Shown piece by piece: positions 27,903 through 36,018 of a stretch of DNA of 38,055 bases. The stretch lies in the IMG/VR virus record IMGVR_UViG_3300044475_000296, positions 1 to 38,055 of that record; one strand, given 5' to 3'. The stretch's first letter is position 1, and every line of letters starts with the position of its first letter. The translations under genes and the position numbers were made by a program. This stretch comes from a virus (taxonomy: Duplodnaviria > Caudoviricetes). The notes below the pieces were generated by a model. The model did not search any database, had not been told where the DNA came from, and saw only the letters and a list, made by a program, of their open reading frames with translations.

Positions 27903-28434
27903 ATCCCGCCTCAGCGCGGCGATGCTGGCTCTGATTGCTGCTGGTGCGTCAGCTCCTGTCCTTCTCGACCAATTTTTGATTGAAAAAGAAGGTTTTCGGC
28001 TGGTGGCCTACCCAGACGGCGGGGGCATCTGGACAATCTGTGACGGCCTGACGACATATCAGGGCCGGAAAGTTGTTGCAGGGATGAAGCTAACGGCTGA
28101 GCAGTGCCGCACTGAATCATCGCGCCGACACAAAGAAGCCCTGTCTTGGTTACAGAAAAATATCAACCCCACTGTATACGTCACGCTGACTGAACCTCAG
28201 AAAGTGGGCATTGCGTCGTTCTGCTATTGGAACCTCGGTTCAGGTCGATGCACGACAGAAACAACGTTCTGGCCGCGTCTGAACGCTGGAGATAAAAAGG
28301 GCGCGTGCGAGAGCATAAAATGGTGGATTAAGGATCGGGGGCGTGATTGCCGCATCCGGTCGAACAATTGCTACGGCCAGGTTGAGCGGCGCGATCAAGA
28401 ATCGGAGCTGACGTGCTGGGGATTGGACGGATGA
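27889..28434 (+). CDS. SAR-type endolysin (GH24 lysozyme)
   Basis: Ala-rich N-terminal SAR, EKEG..AYPDGGGIWTICDGLT catalytic E-D-T, GQVERRDQE. Confidence 0.92.
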   Translation: MSKFKSRLSAAMLALIAAGASAPVLLDQFLIEKEGFRLVAYPDGGGIWTICDGLTTYQGRKVVAGMKLTAEQCRTESSRRHKEALSWLQKNINPTVYVTLTEPQKVGIASFCYWNLGSGRCTTETTFWPRLNAGDKKGACESIKWWIKDRGRDCRIRSNNCYGQVERRDQESELTCWGLDG

Positions 28435-28955
28435 AAATTCTACCGTCATGGGCAATAGTTGGTCTGGCGCTGGTGGCTGGATTTATCTCTGGTCTGTACG
28501 TTCAGGGCCTGCGGTGGGATACGGATGTTGCGCAGCGGGATAAGCAGCAGTCGGAAGATATTAGCGCCAGTCAGCAAGCGGTTATCGCTGGGCAGTCACT
28601 TCAGTTTCATCACTACAACGAAATCGCCAGGCAGGCGAATCAGTATGCCATCACCATCAAGGGTAAATCGGATGAAAAACAAATTATTTACCGGACAATT
28701 ATTAAACGTGACCCAGTTAGTGGTAAGTGCGTGCCTGATGATGTTGCTGATCGGCTGCTCGACTACACGCACCGTTTACGTGCCAGCGCAATGCGTACCA
28801 CTGCCAGCGGAACTGACACAGCCAGTGCTGGTGCCGCTGCCACCGGCTGCCGACTGACATACGCACAGGCTGTTTACTGGATTGACCCGTTACTGACGAC
28901 GATTGACCAGGCTAATAGCCAACTATCAGGCATAAGCGAAACTGAACGCAGATAA
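28431..28955 (+). CDS. i-spanin (Rz-like)
   Basis: N-terminal TM, coiled coil, ATGA overlap with endolysin. Confidence 0.8.
   Translation: MKILPSWAIVGLALVAGFISGLYVQGLRWDTDVAQRDKQQSEDISASQQAVIAGQSLQFHHYNEIARQANQYAITIKGKSDEKQIIYRTIIKRDPVSGKCVPDDVADRLLDYTHRLRASAMRTTASGTDTASAGAAATGCRLTYAQAVYWIDPLLTTIDQANSQLSGISETERR
28672..28857 (+). CDS. o-spanin (Rz1-like lipoprotein) embedded in Rz
   Basis: Lipobox LLIGC then Pro-rich STTRTVYVPAQCVPLPAELTQP in the +1 frame. Confidence 0.75.
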   Translation: MKNKLFTGQLLNVTQLVVSACLMMLLIGCSTTRTVYVPAQCVPLPAELTQPVLVPLPPAAD

Positions 28956-28973
28956 CGGAATGAGGTAGCACAA

Positions 28974-29411
28974 GTGAACATTATCCCTATCTCATTCCGC
29001 GATGCGTGTGATTTCGTCAGTAGGTTGCATCGGAACAACAAACCACCAGTAGGCCAAAAATTCAGTATTGGGCTGCGTGACTCAAGCGAAAACCTGGTAG
29101 AGGTTGGCGATGGCAGACCGTCCGGGGGCTTGTTTTCCCCCGTTAAACGTCTCGACATTAACGATGCTGGGACGATTAAACGCGCAGTAGCTGCGTGGAT
29201 CAATGACGGAGGCGTGTTCAAAAAACTGTTTCCAGCTGGCCCCGTTGATATTGCCGATTCTGATATTTTTGATGCTGATAACTCTGTTAAACGTTGGACT
29301 GGAATGACAGTTTCGGCACAAAAATATTGGATGATAGAAATCAGTATTCCTGTAGTCGCGTCAGGAACGCTGTATTTTTACGACACGTCAGCAACACTGA
29401 TTGCGATTTGA
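28974..29411 (+). pseudogene. Probable chimeric remnant: XF1762-like N-terminus fused to unrelated sequence
   Basis: PISFRDACDFVSRLHRNNKPPVGQKFSIG resembles that family's N-terminus; resemblance stops after about 50 aa. Confidence 0.45.
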
Positions 29412-29524
29412 TTACGCAAAAAATGACAGACGCCCGGCTATGATGTCGAGCACGTCTTCGAGTGTGGGAACAGGATCAATGTGAATCGCTGGCGCGTCAA
29501 TTTCTCCGACGCGCCAGCGACATA

Positions 29525-29549
29525 AAACCCGACCTGAGTCGGGTGGTTT
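29525..29549 (-). terminator. Terminator of the DUF3800 gene
   Basis: Minus strand ACCCGAC-tcag-GTCGGGT-TTT directly after the stop. Confidence 0.6.
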
Positions 29550-30395
29550 CTATCTGTTTTTTTTAGATTTGGTATTGTATTTTTCAAGCAGTACCGCAAG
29601 TTGCTCGCGCTTTGCCGGCCTCGGTAACGTGTTTCTTACATTGCTTCTTTTTTGCGCCTCAGCAACCCTATCTCCAAAATATTTTTTGAATATTTCGTAC
29701 TCTCCGCAACTATCGGAATCAACATCATAAAACGACAGTTTTCCATAGATGGCACAAAGCCAGTCAGCACATTGAATGGTTTGGTAAAGCTTGCTATCAA
29801 CTTGAACTGGCGCTTCAAGAAGTTGGTACTTATCTTCCTGATGCATCTCGTAAATGGCTTCTTTTACAATCTCGCTTCTCATCTCGTGGTCATCCATGAA
29901 TATCAAGAACTGTGCATCTTGATTCTTGAATTCATTGTCCAATCTTTTGATTACTTCTTTGAAGCTAGATTTATACGTGCGCTGGGGGTTATGCTGCTCG
30001 CAGCCAATGCGTTTAGCTTCCCCAACATAAAAAAGAAATCCGCCATACTTTGTGATTGTGTTTATTATTCTATTTGTGCTTCTGGTTAGCTGATCTTTAT
30101 ACTTAATTAGATTCTTTACAGAATACTGCTTCGACCCCTTCTTCTCCCAACATGAAAGTTGGAATCTCTCACCATTCGCCTGCGCTTTTTTTCGCGCCTC
30201 TGGGATGTCATAAGCATTAAAAAGCTGCTGTTTTAGTTTGAAAAAGTAATGAGAGAAGTCCCTTACCCTGCTTGCTGGAATGACAAATCCACCCAACCCA
30301 AATACAGGGTGAGTGTTGTGCTGCGGATGGGATTTGGATATGTAGGGGCCGTCATGGCCAAACTCATCAAGGTAAACTATGTAAATATTCGACAT
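29550..30395 (-). CDS. DUF3800-family protein (RNase H-like acidic motifs), moron
   Basis: N-terminal VYLDEFG, FGLGG, C-terminal VDSK..IQCADW (QxAD); GAGG SD fits ATG 30395; AT-rich; opposite strand. Confidence 0.82.
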   Translation of the reverse strand: MSNIYIVYLDEFGHDGPYISKSHPQHNTHPVFGLGGFVIPASRVRDFSHYFFKLKQQLFNAYDIPEARKKAQANGERFQLSCWEKKGSKQYSVKNLIKYKDQLTRSTNRIINTITKYGGFLFYVGEAKRIGCEQHNPQRTYKSSFKEVIKRLDNEFKNQDAQFLIFMDDHEMRSEIVKEAIYEMHQEDKYQLLEAPVQVDSKLYQTIQCADWLCAIYGKLSFYDVDSDSCGEYEIFKKYFGDRVAEAQKRSNVRNTLPRPAKREQLAVLLEKYNTKSKKNR

Positions 30396-30413
30396 TCCCA
30401 TGCCTCACATACA

Positions 30414-30479
30414 CGGAAGCCCGACTAAAAAGCCGGGCCCCGGAATCAGCAGCAGAAGTTTTACCCCCCGCCTCTGATT
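30414..30479 (-). ncRNA. Two-hairpin structured RNA upstream of the DUF3800 gene
   Basis: Hairpin 1 AATCAG..GCGGGGG-gtaaaa-CTTCTGC..CTGATT (30479-30444); hairpin 2 CGGGGCCCGGCT-tttt-AGTCGGGCTTCCG (30442-30414); GC-rich island in AT-rich DNA. Confidence 0.65.
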
Positions 30480-30482
30480 GAA

Positions 30483-30510
30483 AGTATAAGCCCATGAATG
30501 GCAATGTCAA
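30483..30510 (-). promoter_or_regulatory. Near-consensus sigma70 promoter for the RNA + DUF3800 unit
   Basis: TTGACA-16-TATACT. Confidence 0.75.
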
Positions 30511-30653
30511 CTTCATGAAGTTAATTTTTAAATAAAGTCAACAAAGCAATATTTTCATGAAAGTGAAATAAATTAATTAAAAATCATAAGCTTAATAAAC
30601 ATTATCGAGAAATTAGGAAAAATAATTTGGTGCTTAGTTCTTAATTTTTAAAC

Positions 30654-30803
30654 TCACATCCCGATAACAGCATTCACTACGCCAGAGGCCATTAGTACGC
30701 TTCCGGCAATGGAGAGTGCTTTATTTTTTCTGGTCATCCCAAGAGTGAGAAGAACGACCGCCATCGCTAAAAATGGAATGGCGGTGATACTGAATGTGTT
30801 CAA
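30654..30803 (-). CDS. 49-aa two-TM membrane protein (below ORF-track cutoff)
   Basis: GGGAGAGG SD, TTG start, MNTFSITAIPFLAMAVVLLTLGMTRKNKALSIAGSVLMASGVVNAVIGM. Confidence 0.6.
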   Translation of the reverse strand: MNTFSITAIPFLAMAVVLLTLGMTRKNKALSIAGSVLMASGVVNAVIGM

Positions 30804-30914
30804 CGAACCTCTCCCTACACATACCTGCTTATGCAGTGGCTAGCAGCCAGTCTTACGGTGAACTATTTATCGCCGCTAAACCTCACTTGACTCTAACATA
30901 TCGTCATTAAATTT

Positions 30915-31157
30915 CTAGTTGCCAAGCATTAACCACTCACAGGATTCGTCAAACATCTCTTCAACAACGCGAGCAATAATCGCTTTATCCGATTTGCTGG
31001 CGTCGGTGTTAATACCGTTCGCCTGCATGGGCTTGGCTTTCACTGAGGCATCAGGGAAGACGCGATGAACTCGCTTTGTTAACTCACCCTCAATTAGTGA
31101 GTGAGCATTACGGATGCTGGAGACGTTGCGCTTATCGTAGATCAGTTCAACAAACAT
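30915..31157 (-). CDS. dinI: DinI-like protein
   Basis: MFVELIYDKRN..ELTKRVHRVFPDA..VEEMFDESCEWL; GAGG SD; SOS box upstream. Confidence 0.85.
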   Translation of the reverse strand: MFVELIYDKRNVSSIRNAHSLIEGELTKRVHRVFPDASVKAKPMQANGINTDASKSDKAIIARVVEEMFDESCEWLMLGN

Positions 31158-31181
31158 TGTGGGATACCTCACTATAAATAA

Positions 31182-31197
31182 CTGTGTTTATATACAG
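31182..31197. promoter_or_regulatory. LexA (SOS) box
   Basis: CTGTGTTTATATACAG = CTGT-N8-ACAG. Confidence 0.88.
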
Positions 31198-31255
31198 TAA
31201 TTCATTGCAAGGATACTGAAAAGTGGTTCTGCAAAACTATTTTTTATTACATGAA

Positions 31256-31370
31256 TATCAATAGCTTGCAAAGTCGAATGTTATCTATTTTTTTGTGATT
31301 AAAATAGGCGGTAATTCATTATATAACAAGGAGTTAAATAATTACTTGCCGCCTACTGAAGCAGTACATC
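31256..31370. other. Right prophage junction (att) region
   Basis: IHF consensus TATCAATAGCTTG 31256-31268; inverted repeat TAGGCGG 31305-31311 / CCGCCTA 31349-31355 abutting the orphan gene end. Confidence 0.6.
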
Positions 31371-31433
31371 GAGAAGCATTCTCCGCTGGATGCAGAAGCC
31401 TACGCACCGAAAGGTGAGATCGTTTATAAATAA
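31356..31433 (+). pseudogene. ushA: Orphan 3' end of ushA (UDP-sugar hydrolase/5'-nucleotidase) displaced by integration
   Basis: LKQYIEKHSPLDAEAYAPKGEIVYK* resembles the E. coli UshA C-terminus as recalled (LKAYIQKSSPLDVSVYEPKGEVSWQ); no start; terminator-like hairpin 31443-31489 follows. Confidence 0.75.
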
Positions 31434-31669
31434 CGGGTAATGATGGCGGTTTTTGTCTCTATTGCTGATGACTTAAGCCGCCATTTTTTCTGGGACGAGT
31501 TCTTAGTGGCTGTGCGGCATTTAGCCCTTTCATTGCAAAAATGAAGTGAACCTAATTTGCTGATTTAATTGATTAAATAATCTTATGTTTAGTAAAGCGC
31601 TTTAAAATAACAGACACGCCAAATAAACGATACTCCTGATGCACCCTCACTAACGGAGTAGTCGGTACT

Positions 31670-33697
31670 ATGAAAAGCGTAAATATTGAAATCAATGTCT
31701 GTGGCAGCGCAGAAAAATCAACGTGTGTTGTTAATCCCCCAATTCAGATCAATCCTCACACCTGTTGCCAGGTGGATACGGATAATCAGTGCGAACCGCA
31801 ACCTGGCGTTTCCGGTGTTGCCTCCGTATTCGGACGGACTGGCGTTGTCACTGCACAATCAGGCGACTATACGGCCGATCAGATTACTGAAACGGCCACC
31901 AGAAAGTTTGCCTCGCCGGATGAAAAAGCGGTCTGGAATGCAAAACAGGATGAGTTAATTTCCGGTACTACTATCCGCACGGTCTTTGGTCAGTCGCTGC
32001 TGGGCAGCGGTGATGTTTCACCTACGCCAGCGCAAATGGGTGTCGCGGCGGTTGGGCATACTCACACCACAGCGGACATCACCGACTACACATCAAAAAC
32101 GAAGCAGCTCATTCATTCCTCGCTGGAGGCCGGGGCGGGCGTCACGCTGAGCTATAACCCGGTGAATGAGAAAACCATTATCAGCGCTGCAGGCGGTGGT
32201 ACGGGTTCGGGTACGGGCGGCTCTGGCTATATCGTTGCCGATCGTCAGGGTGCAACGGCAGGACAAAACCACGCGTTCAGCATTCGTCCACAAAATACAT
32301 TTAATCTCGCGGCGTACGCGCTGAAAGAAGTCGCTGGCGCAGCGAATCAGACTTATGTTGTTGACGATTTCGGCGTGTCTAGCGAAGAGAACTACAACGT
32401 AACTCATGCTGCTGTTTTTGATAATACATTACGCCCCTATGTCGGAAAGCTATATAACCTGGTGCAATCCGGTAATTTTTATTCGTCACCAATTAAATCA
32501 GACGGTGAAAGCATTGAAATTGATGCTGTTAATAAAACGCTGATTCCTGTGATGACAGCAAATAATAGTTCAGTTGGCTACACGGTTGACGCATCGTCTG
32601 AGTATTCAGTGCAATACGCGGCGTGGACAGCATTCAACGGAACGTTAAATCGATACTGGGCATCCAAAACCGTACCAACAGTGGCTAACCCACATTGGCT
32701 GCGTATTACTATGGCGGCTCCTGCATTAATTGATACATACAGAATAACAAACGAAAACCTGAATCCTGGGCCACTCAGCCCGAAATCGTGGACGTTTCAG
32801 GGGAGTAATGATGGTACAACGTGGCATACATTACATACGGTATCTAATGATACTCGCGATGGGAAGGGGGCGGTTCGAGAATATACGTTCACCAATGACA
32901 CGCCGTATTCATCATTCCGTATTTTAATAACCGAGCAAAATGCTGGTCCACACGTTCAAATTGGGGAGCTTGAAATATTCCGCAGAGAGCGACTGTTGAT
33001 TAACGGCAGTGATGGTAAGTGGTATTCAGCGAATAATGGGGTATTAACATCGGTCCCAGCACCATCTGTGGCGGAAGATTTTTATAATAATGGTTTTTTG
33101 TCATCTGGCGTCATACCTGAATCATCATTGTCAGGAATACAGCCAGTAACGATTTTTTCATCAAAAAATATTGATGCAAAAGTGCTATATACACCGCCTC
33201 CTCAAATTGCAATACAGAAAGCCCTGTCGAGTGCGGCGTTATGGCCACAAATAAACTCCGCAGTGCTGACAGCTACGCAAACTGGCAACGGTAAAGTGCG
33301 TGTCGCTGTCACGCGGGACTTAGTGAACTGGCATGTGTGGCGGAGCGGGGCGTGGGTTGATGTGGGGGCGTTGTCAGTAGATACGACGAGCGCAACGAAA
33401 CTGATTGCAGACGGCATGACGCCAGCTGAACTCGGCGCTATTACGGCGGCACAGTGGACACAGCTGTTTGCATCCAATAACGGTGTGCCGGACTCACTTG
33501 CCTTTGCGTTCGCGCTTGATATCACCGCTCCGGCGACTGATGTCGCGGCTATTGACCGACTGGTGCTGAACGTCAACGATGCGTCCAGTTGGAAGCTGCA
33601 GTCCCCCGCGGAAGTGGAAATCCGCTGGCGCACGGACAGTGTGACATTCCGCACCGTAACGGCAGGCAATTACAAGCTGGCGTATCAGGTTCCATAA
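31670..33697 (+). CDS. Fibre-like discoidin (F5/8 type C)-domain protein, paralog 1
   Basis: VASVFGRTGVV and HTHTTADITD fibre repeats; core AFNG..WAS..WLRI..PKSWTFQGSNDG..W..L..ELEI. Confidence 0.8.
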   Translation: MKSVNIEINVCGSAEKSTCVVNPPIQINPHTCCQVDTDNQCEPQPGVSGVASVFGRTGVVTAQSGDYTADQITETATRKFASPDEKAVWNAKQDELISGTTIRTVFGQSLLGSGDVSPTPAQMGVAAVGHTHTTADITDYTSKTKQLIHSSLEAGAGVTLSYNPVNEKTIISAAGGGTGSGTGGSGYIVADRQGATAGQNHAFSIRPQNTFNLAAYALKEVAGAANQTYVVDDFGVSSEENYNVTHAAVFDNTLRPYVGKLYNLVQSGNFYSSPIKSDGESIEIDAVNKTLIPVMTANNSSVGYTVDASSEYSVQYAAWTAFNGTLNRYWASKTVPTVANPHWLRITMAAPALIDTYRITNENLNPGPLSPKSWTFQGSNDGTTWHTLHTVSNDTRDGKGAVREYTFTNDTPYSSFRILITEQNAGPHVQIGELEIFRRERLLINGSDGKWYSANNGVLTSVPAPSVAEDFYNNGFLSSGVIPESSLSGIQPVTIFSSKNIDAKVLYTPPPQIAIQKALSSAALWPQINSAVLTATQTGNGKVRVAVTRDLVNWHVWRSGAWVDVGALSVDTTSATKLIADGMTPAELGAITAAQWTQLFASNNGVPDSLAFAFALDITAPATDVAAIDRLVLNVNDASSWKLQSPAEVEIRWRTDSVTFRTVTAGNYKLAYQVP

Positions 33698-33722
33698 TTT
33701 TTCTTCCGATTAGCTATTCCAC

Positions 33723-33747
33723 TGGCCGCTATTTTGCGGCCATTTTT
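33723..33747 (+). terminator. Terminator after paralog 1
   Basis: TGGCCGC-tatttt-GCGGCCA-T5. Confidence 0.75.
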
Positions 33748-33860
33748 GCTTCTGTTTTTTATATAAAAGGAAACGATGGATTAGTAAAGTGCGTTGAAAT
33801 AATACACTGGGAAAATAAGTGAGACTCCTTATTCCTTTTATTAATGGAGTCATCAATACC

Positions 33861-35855
33861 ATGAAAGATATCAATATCGAAATTAATGTTTGTGATAGTA
33901 CAGGTAAAGCAACATGTACCGTTCATCCCCCTGTTTGCTGCCATTCAGATAATGGCGGCGGGCAAGAGCCTGGCGTTACCGGCGTTGCCTCCGTATTCGG
34001 ACGGACTGGCGTTGTCACTGCACAAGCTGGCGACTACACGGCCGATCAGATCACTGAAACCGCCACCAGAAAATTTGCTACGCCGGATGAAAAAGCGGTC
34101 TGGAATGCAAAGCAGGATGAGTTGATTTCCGGTACCACTATCCGCACGGTCTTTGGTCAATCGCTGCTGGGCAGCGGTGATGTTTCACCAACGCCAGCAC
34201 AAATGGGGGCTGCTGCCATTGGACACACCCATACCACAGCGGACATCACCGACTACACACAAAAAACAAAACAGCTTATCCATTCCTCGCTGGAGGCTGG
34301 GGCGGGCGTCACGCTGAGTTATAACCCGGTGAATGAGAAAACAGTTATCAGCGCTGCAGGTGGTGGTTCCGGTAGCGGTGGCTCTGGCTATATCGTTGCC
34401 GATCGTCAGGGCGCAACGGCAGGGCAGAATCACGCGTTCAGCATTAGCCCACAAAGCACGTTTAATCTCGCGGCGTATGCGCTGAAAGAAGAAGCGGGTG
34501 CAGCAAATCAGACTTATGTCGTTGATGACTTTAATGCATCAAGTGAGCCTAATTATAACGCGACGAGTGCGGTTGTTTTTGATGGTACGATGCATCCAGA
34601 TATTGGCGGAAGCGTAGAGCTTGTTAAAGACGGTGAGTTTTATTCATCAGAGATTAAAGCAGGCAATCGTGCTGTCTCAGTTAGTATACCAAGCGGGTCA
34701 ATTGTACCAGCAATGACTTCTGATTCAGATCGTGGTTATATTGCATCGGCATCCTCAATATATTCGCCATCGTATCCTGCATATATTGCATTTGATAGAA
34801 ATGACTCCAGCCCAAATAACGTGCGTGACTGTTGGGCCTCAAATCAGAGGCCGACAGACAGTAATCCACAGTGGTTGTGCTTAAAATTCCCTAGTCATCA
34901 ATTTATTACTGAGTATGCAATCACAAACCGTGTATATGCAGGGCTGTCAAATCCCAGATCGTGGCAATTACAGGGTAGCAATAACGATAACGATTGGAGC
35001 ACTCTACATACTGTATCAAATGATGAAAATAACACTTCGGGCGCTGTCCGCCGATTTACAGTATCTGCTCCAGGGCGATACGTGTCGTATCGATTATTGT
35101 TCACGGCATCAAATGGCGGCGATAATTTTGTTTGTATCAAAGAATTATCTTTGTTCACAGGCTCAAAGATGTTACTGAAAGCTGGTGAACAATGGTTTAC
35201 CGTGAAAAATGGCATTTTGTCTAATGTTCCGGTTCCATCCAGCGCCAGTGATTTTATTCGTGATGGTTTTACAACATCAGGAAATATCCAACAATATCCA
35301 TCTGGCAGTATATATTCAGGGGAGGGGATACATGTTGACGTTCTTTACACGCCACAATCCCAGATATCAATTCAGCGCTCTTTGCTTTCTGCTGGTTTTT
35401 GGTCACAGATTAATTCCGCCACGTTAACAGCAACACAGACGGGCAACGGCAAAGTCCGTGTTGCTGTGACGCGGGACTTGGTGAACTGGCATGTCTTGCG
35501 CAACGGGGCGTGGGTTGATGTTGGAGCGCTGTCAGCCGATACGGCAGGGGCTACGACGTTGATTGCAGACGGTATGACGCCAACTGAACTCGGCGCTATT
35601 ACGACAGCACAGTGGACGCAACTGTTTGCATCCAGTAACGGTGTGCCGGATTCGCTTGCCTTTGCCTTCGCGCTTGATATCACCGATCCAACGGCCGATG
35701 TCGCGACCATTGACCGACTGGTGCTGAACGTCAACGATGCGTCCAGTTGGAAACTGCAGTCCCCTGCGGAAGTGGAAATCCGCTGGCGCACGGACAGCGT
35801 GACATTCCGCACCGTAACGGCAGGCAATTACAAACTGGCGTATCAGGTTCCGTAA
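33861..35855 (+). CDS. Fibre-like discoidin-domain protein, paralog 2
   Basis: Same architecture; GGAG SD before ATG 33861 aligns with the paralog 1 start. Confidence 0.8.
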   Translation: MKDINIEINVCDSTGKATCTVHPPVCCHSDNGGGQEPGVTGVASVFGRTGVVTAQAGDYTADQITETATRKFATPDEKAVWNAKQDELISGTTIRTVFGQSLLGSGDVSPTPAQMGAAAIGHTHTTADITDYTQKTKQLIHSSLEAGAGVTLSYNPVNEKTVISAAGGGSGSGGSGYIVADRQGATAGQNHAFSISPQSTFNLAAYALKEEAGAANQTYVVDDFNASSEPNYNATSAVVFDGTMHPDIGGSVELVKDGEFYSSEIKAGNRAVSVSIPSGSIVPAMTSDSDRGYIASASSIYSPSYPAYIAFDRNDSSPNNVRDCWASNQRPTDSNPQWLCLKFPSHQFITEYAITNRVYAGLSNPRSWQLQGSNNDNDWSTLHTVSNDENNTSGAVRRFTVSAPGRYVSYRLLFTASNGGDNFVCIKELSLFTGSKMLLKAGEQWFTVKNGILSNVPVPSSASDFIRDGFTTSGNIQQYPSGSIYSGEGIHVDVLYTPQSQISIQRSLLSAGFWSQINSATLTATQTGNGKVRVAVTRDLVNWHVLRNGAWVDVGALSADTAGATTLIADGMTPTELGAITTAQWTQLFASSNGVPDSLAFAFALDITDPTADVATIDRLVLNVNDASSWKLQSPAEVEIRWRTDSVTFRTVTAGNYKLAYQVP

Positions 35856-35881
35856 TTTGTCTTCCGATTAGCTATTCCACT

Positions 35882-35908
35882 GGCCGCGTATCTCGCGGCC
35901 TTTTTTAT
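35882..35908 (+). terminator. Terminator after paralog 2
   Basis: GGCCGCG-tatct-CGCGGCC-T6. Confidence 0.78.
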
Positions 35909-36018
35909 TCTGACTTTTATATAAAAGGACATAGCAGATTAGTAAAGTGCTTTAAAATAATGCCCCGGTTAAATAAGTGATACTCCTTATGCCTTTTATT
36001 AACGGAGTCATCAACACC

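Larger units (their letters stand above)
1..31355. mobile_element. Temperate podovirus-type prophage (left end and integrase outside window)
   Basis: Contiguous immunity, replication, portal/capsid/tail, terminase and lysis genes; ends at an orphan ushA-like 3' end with IHF-like sites. Confidence 0.93.

Noticed and set aside
29652-30089. 145-aa plus-strand ORF antisense to DUF3800
   Set aside because: No SD, TTG start, no recognisable motifs; likely shadow ORF
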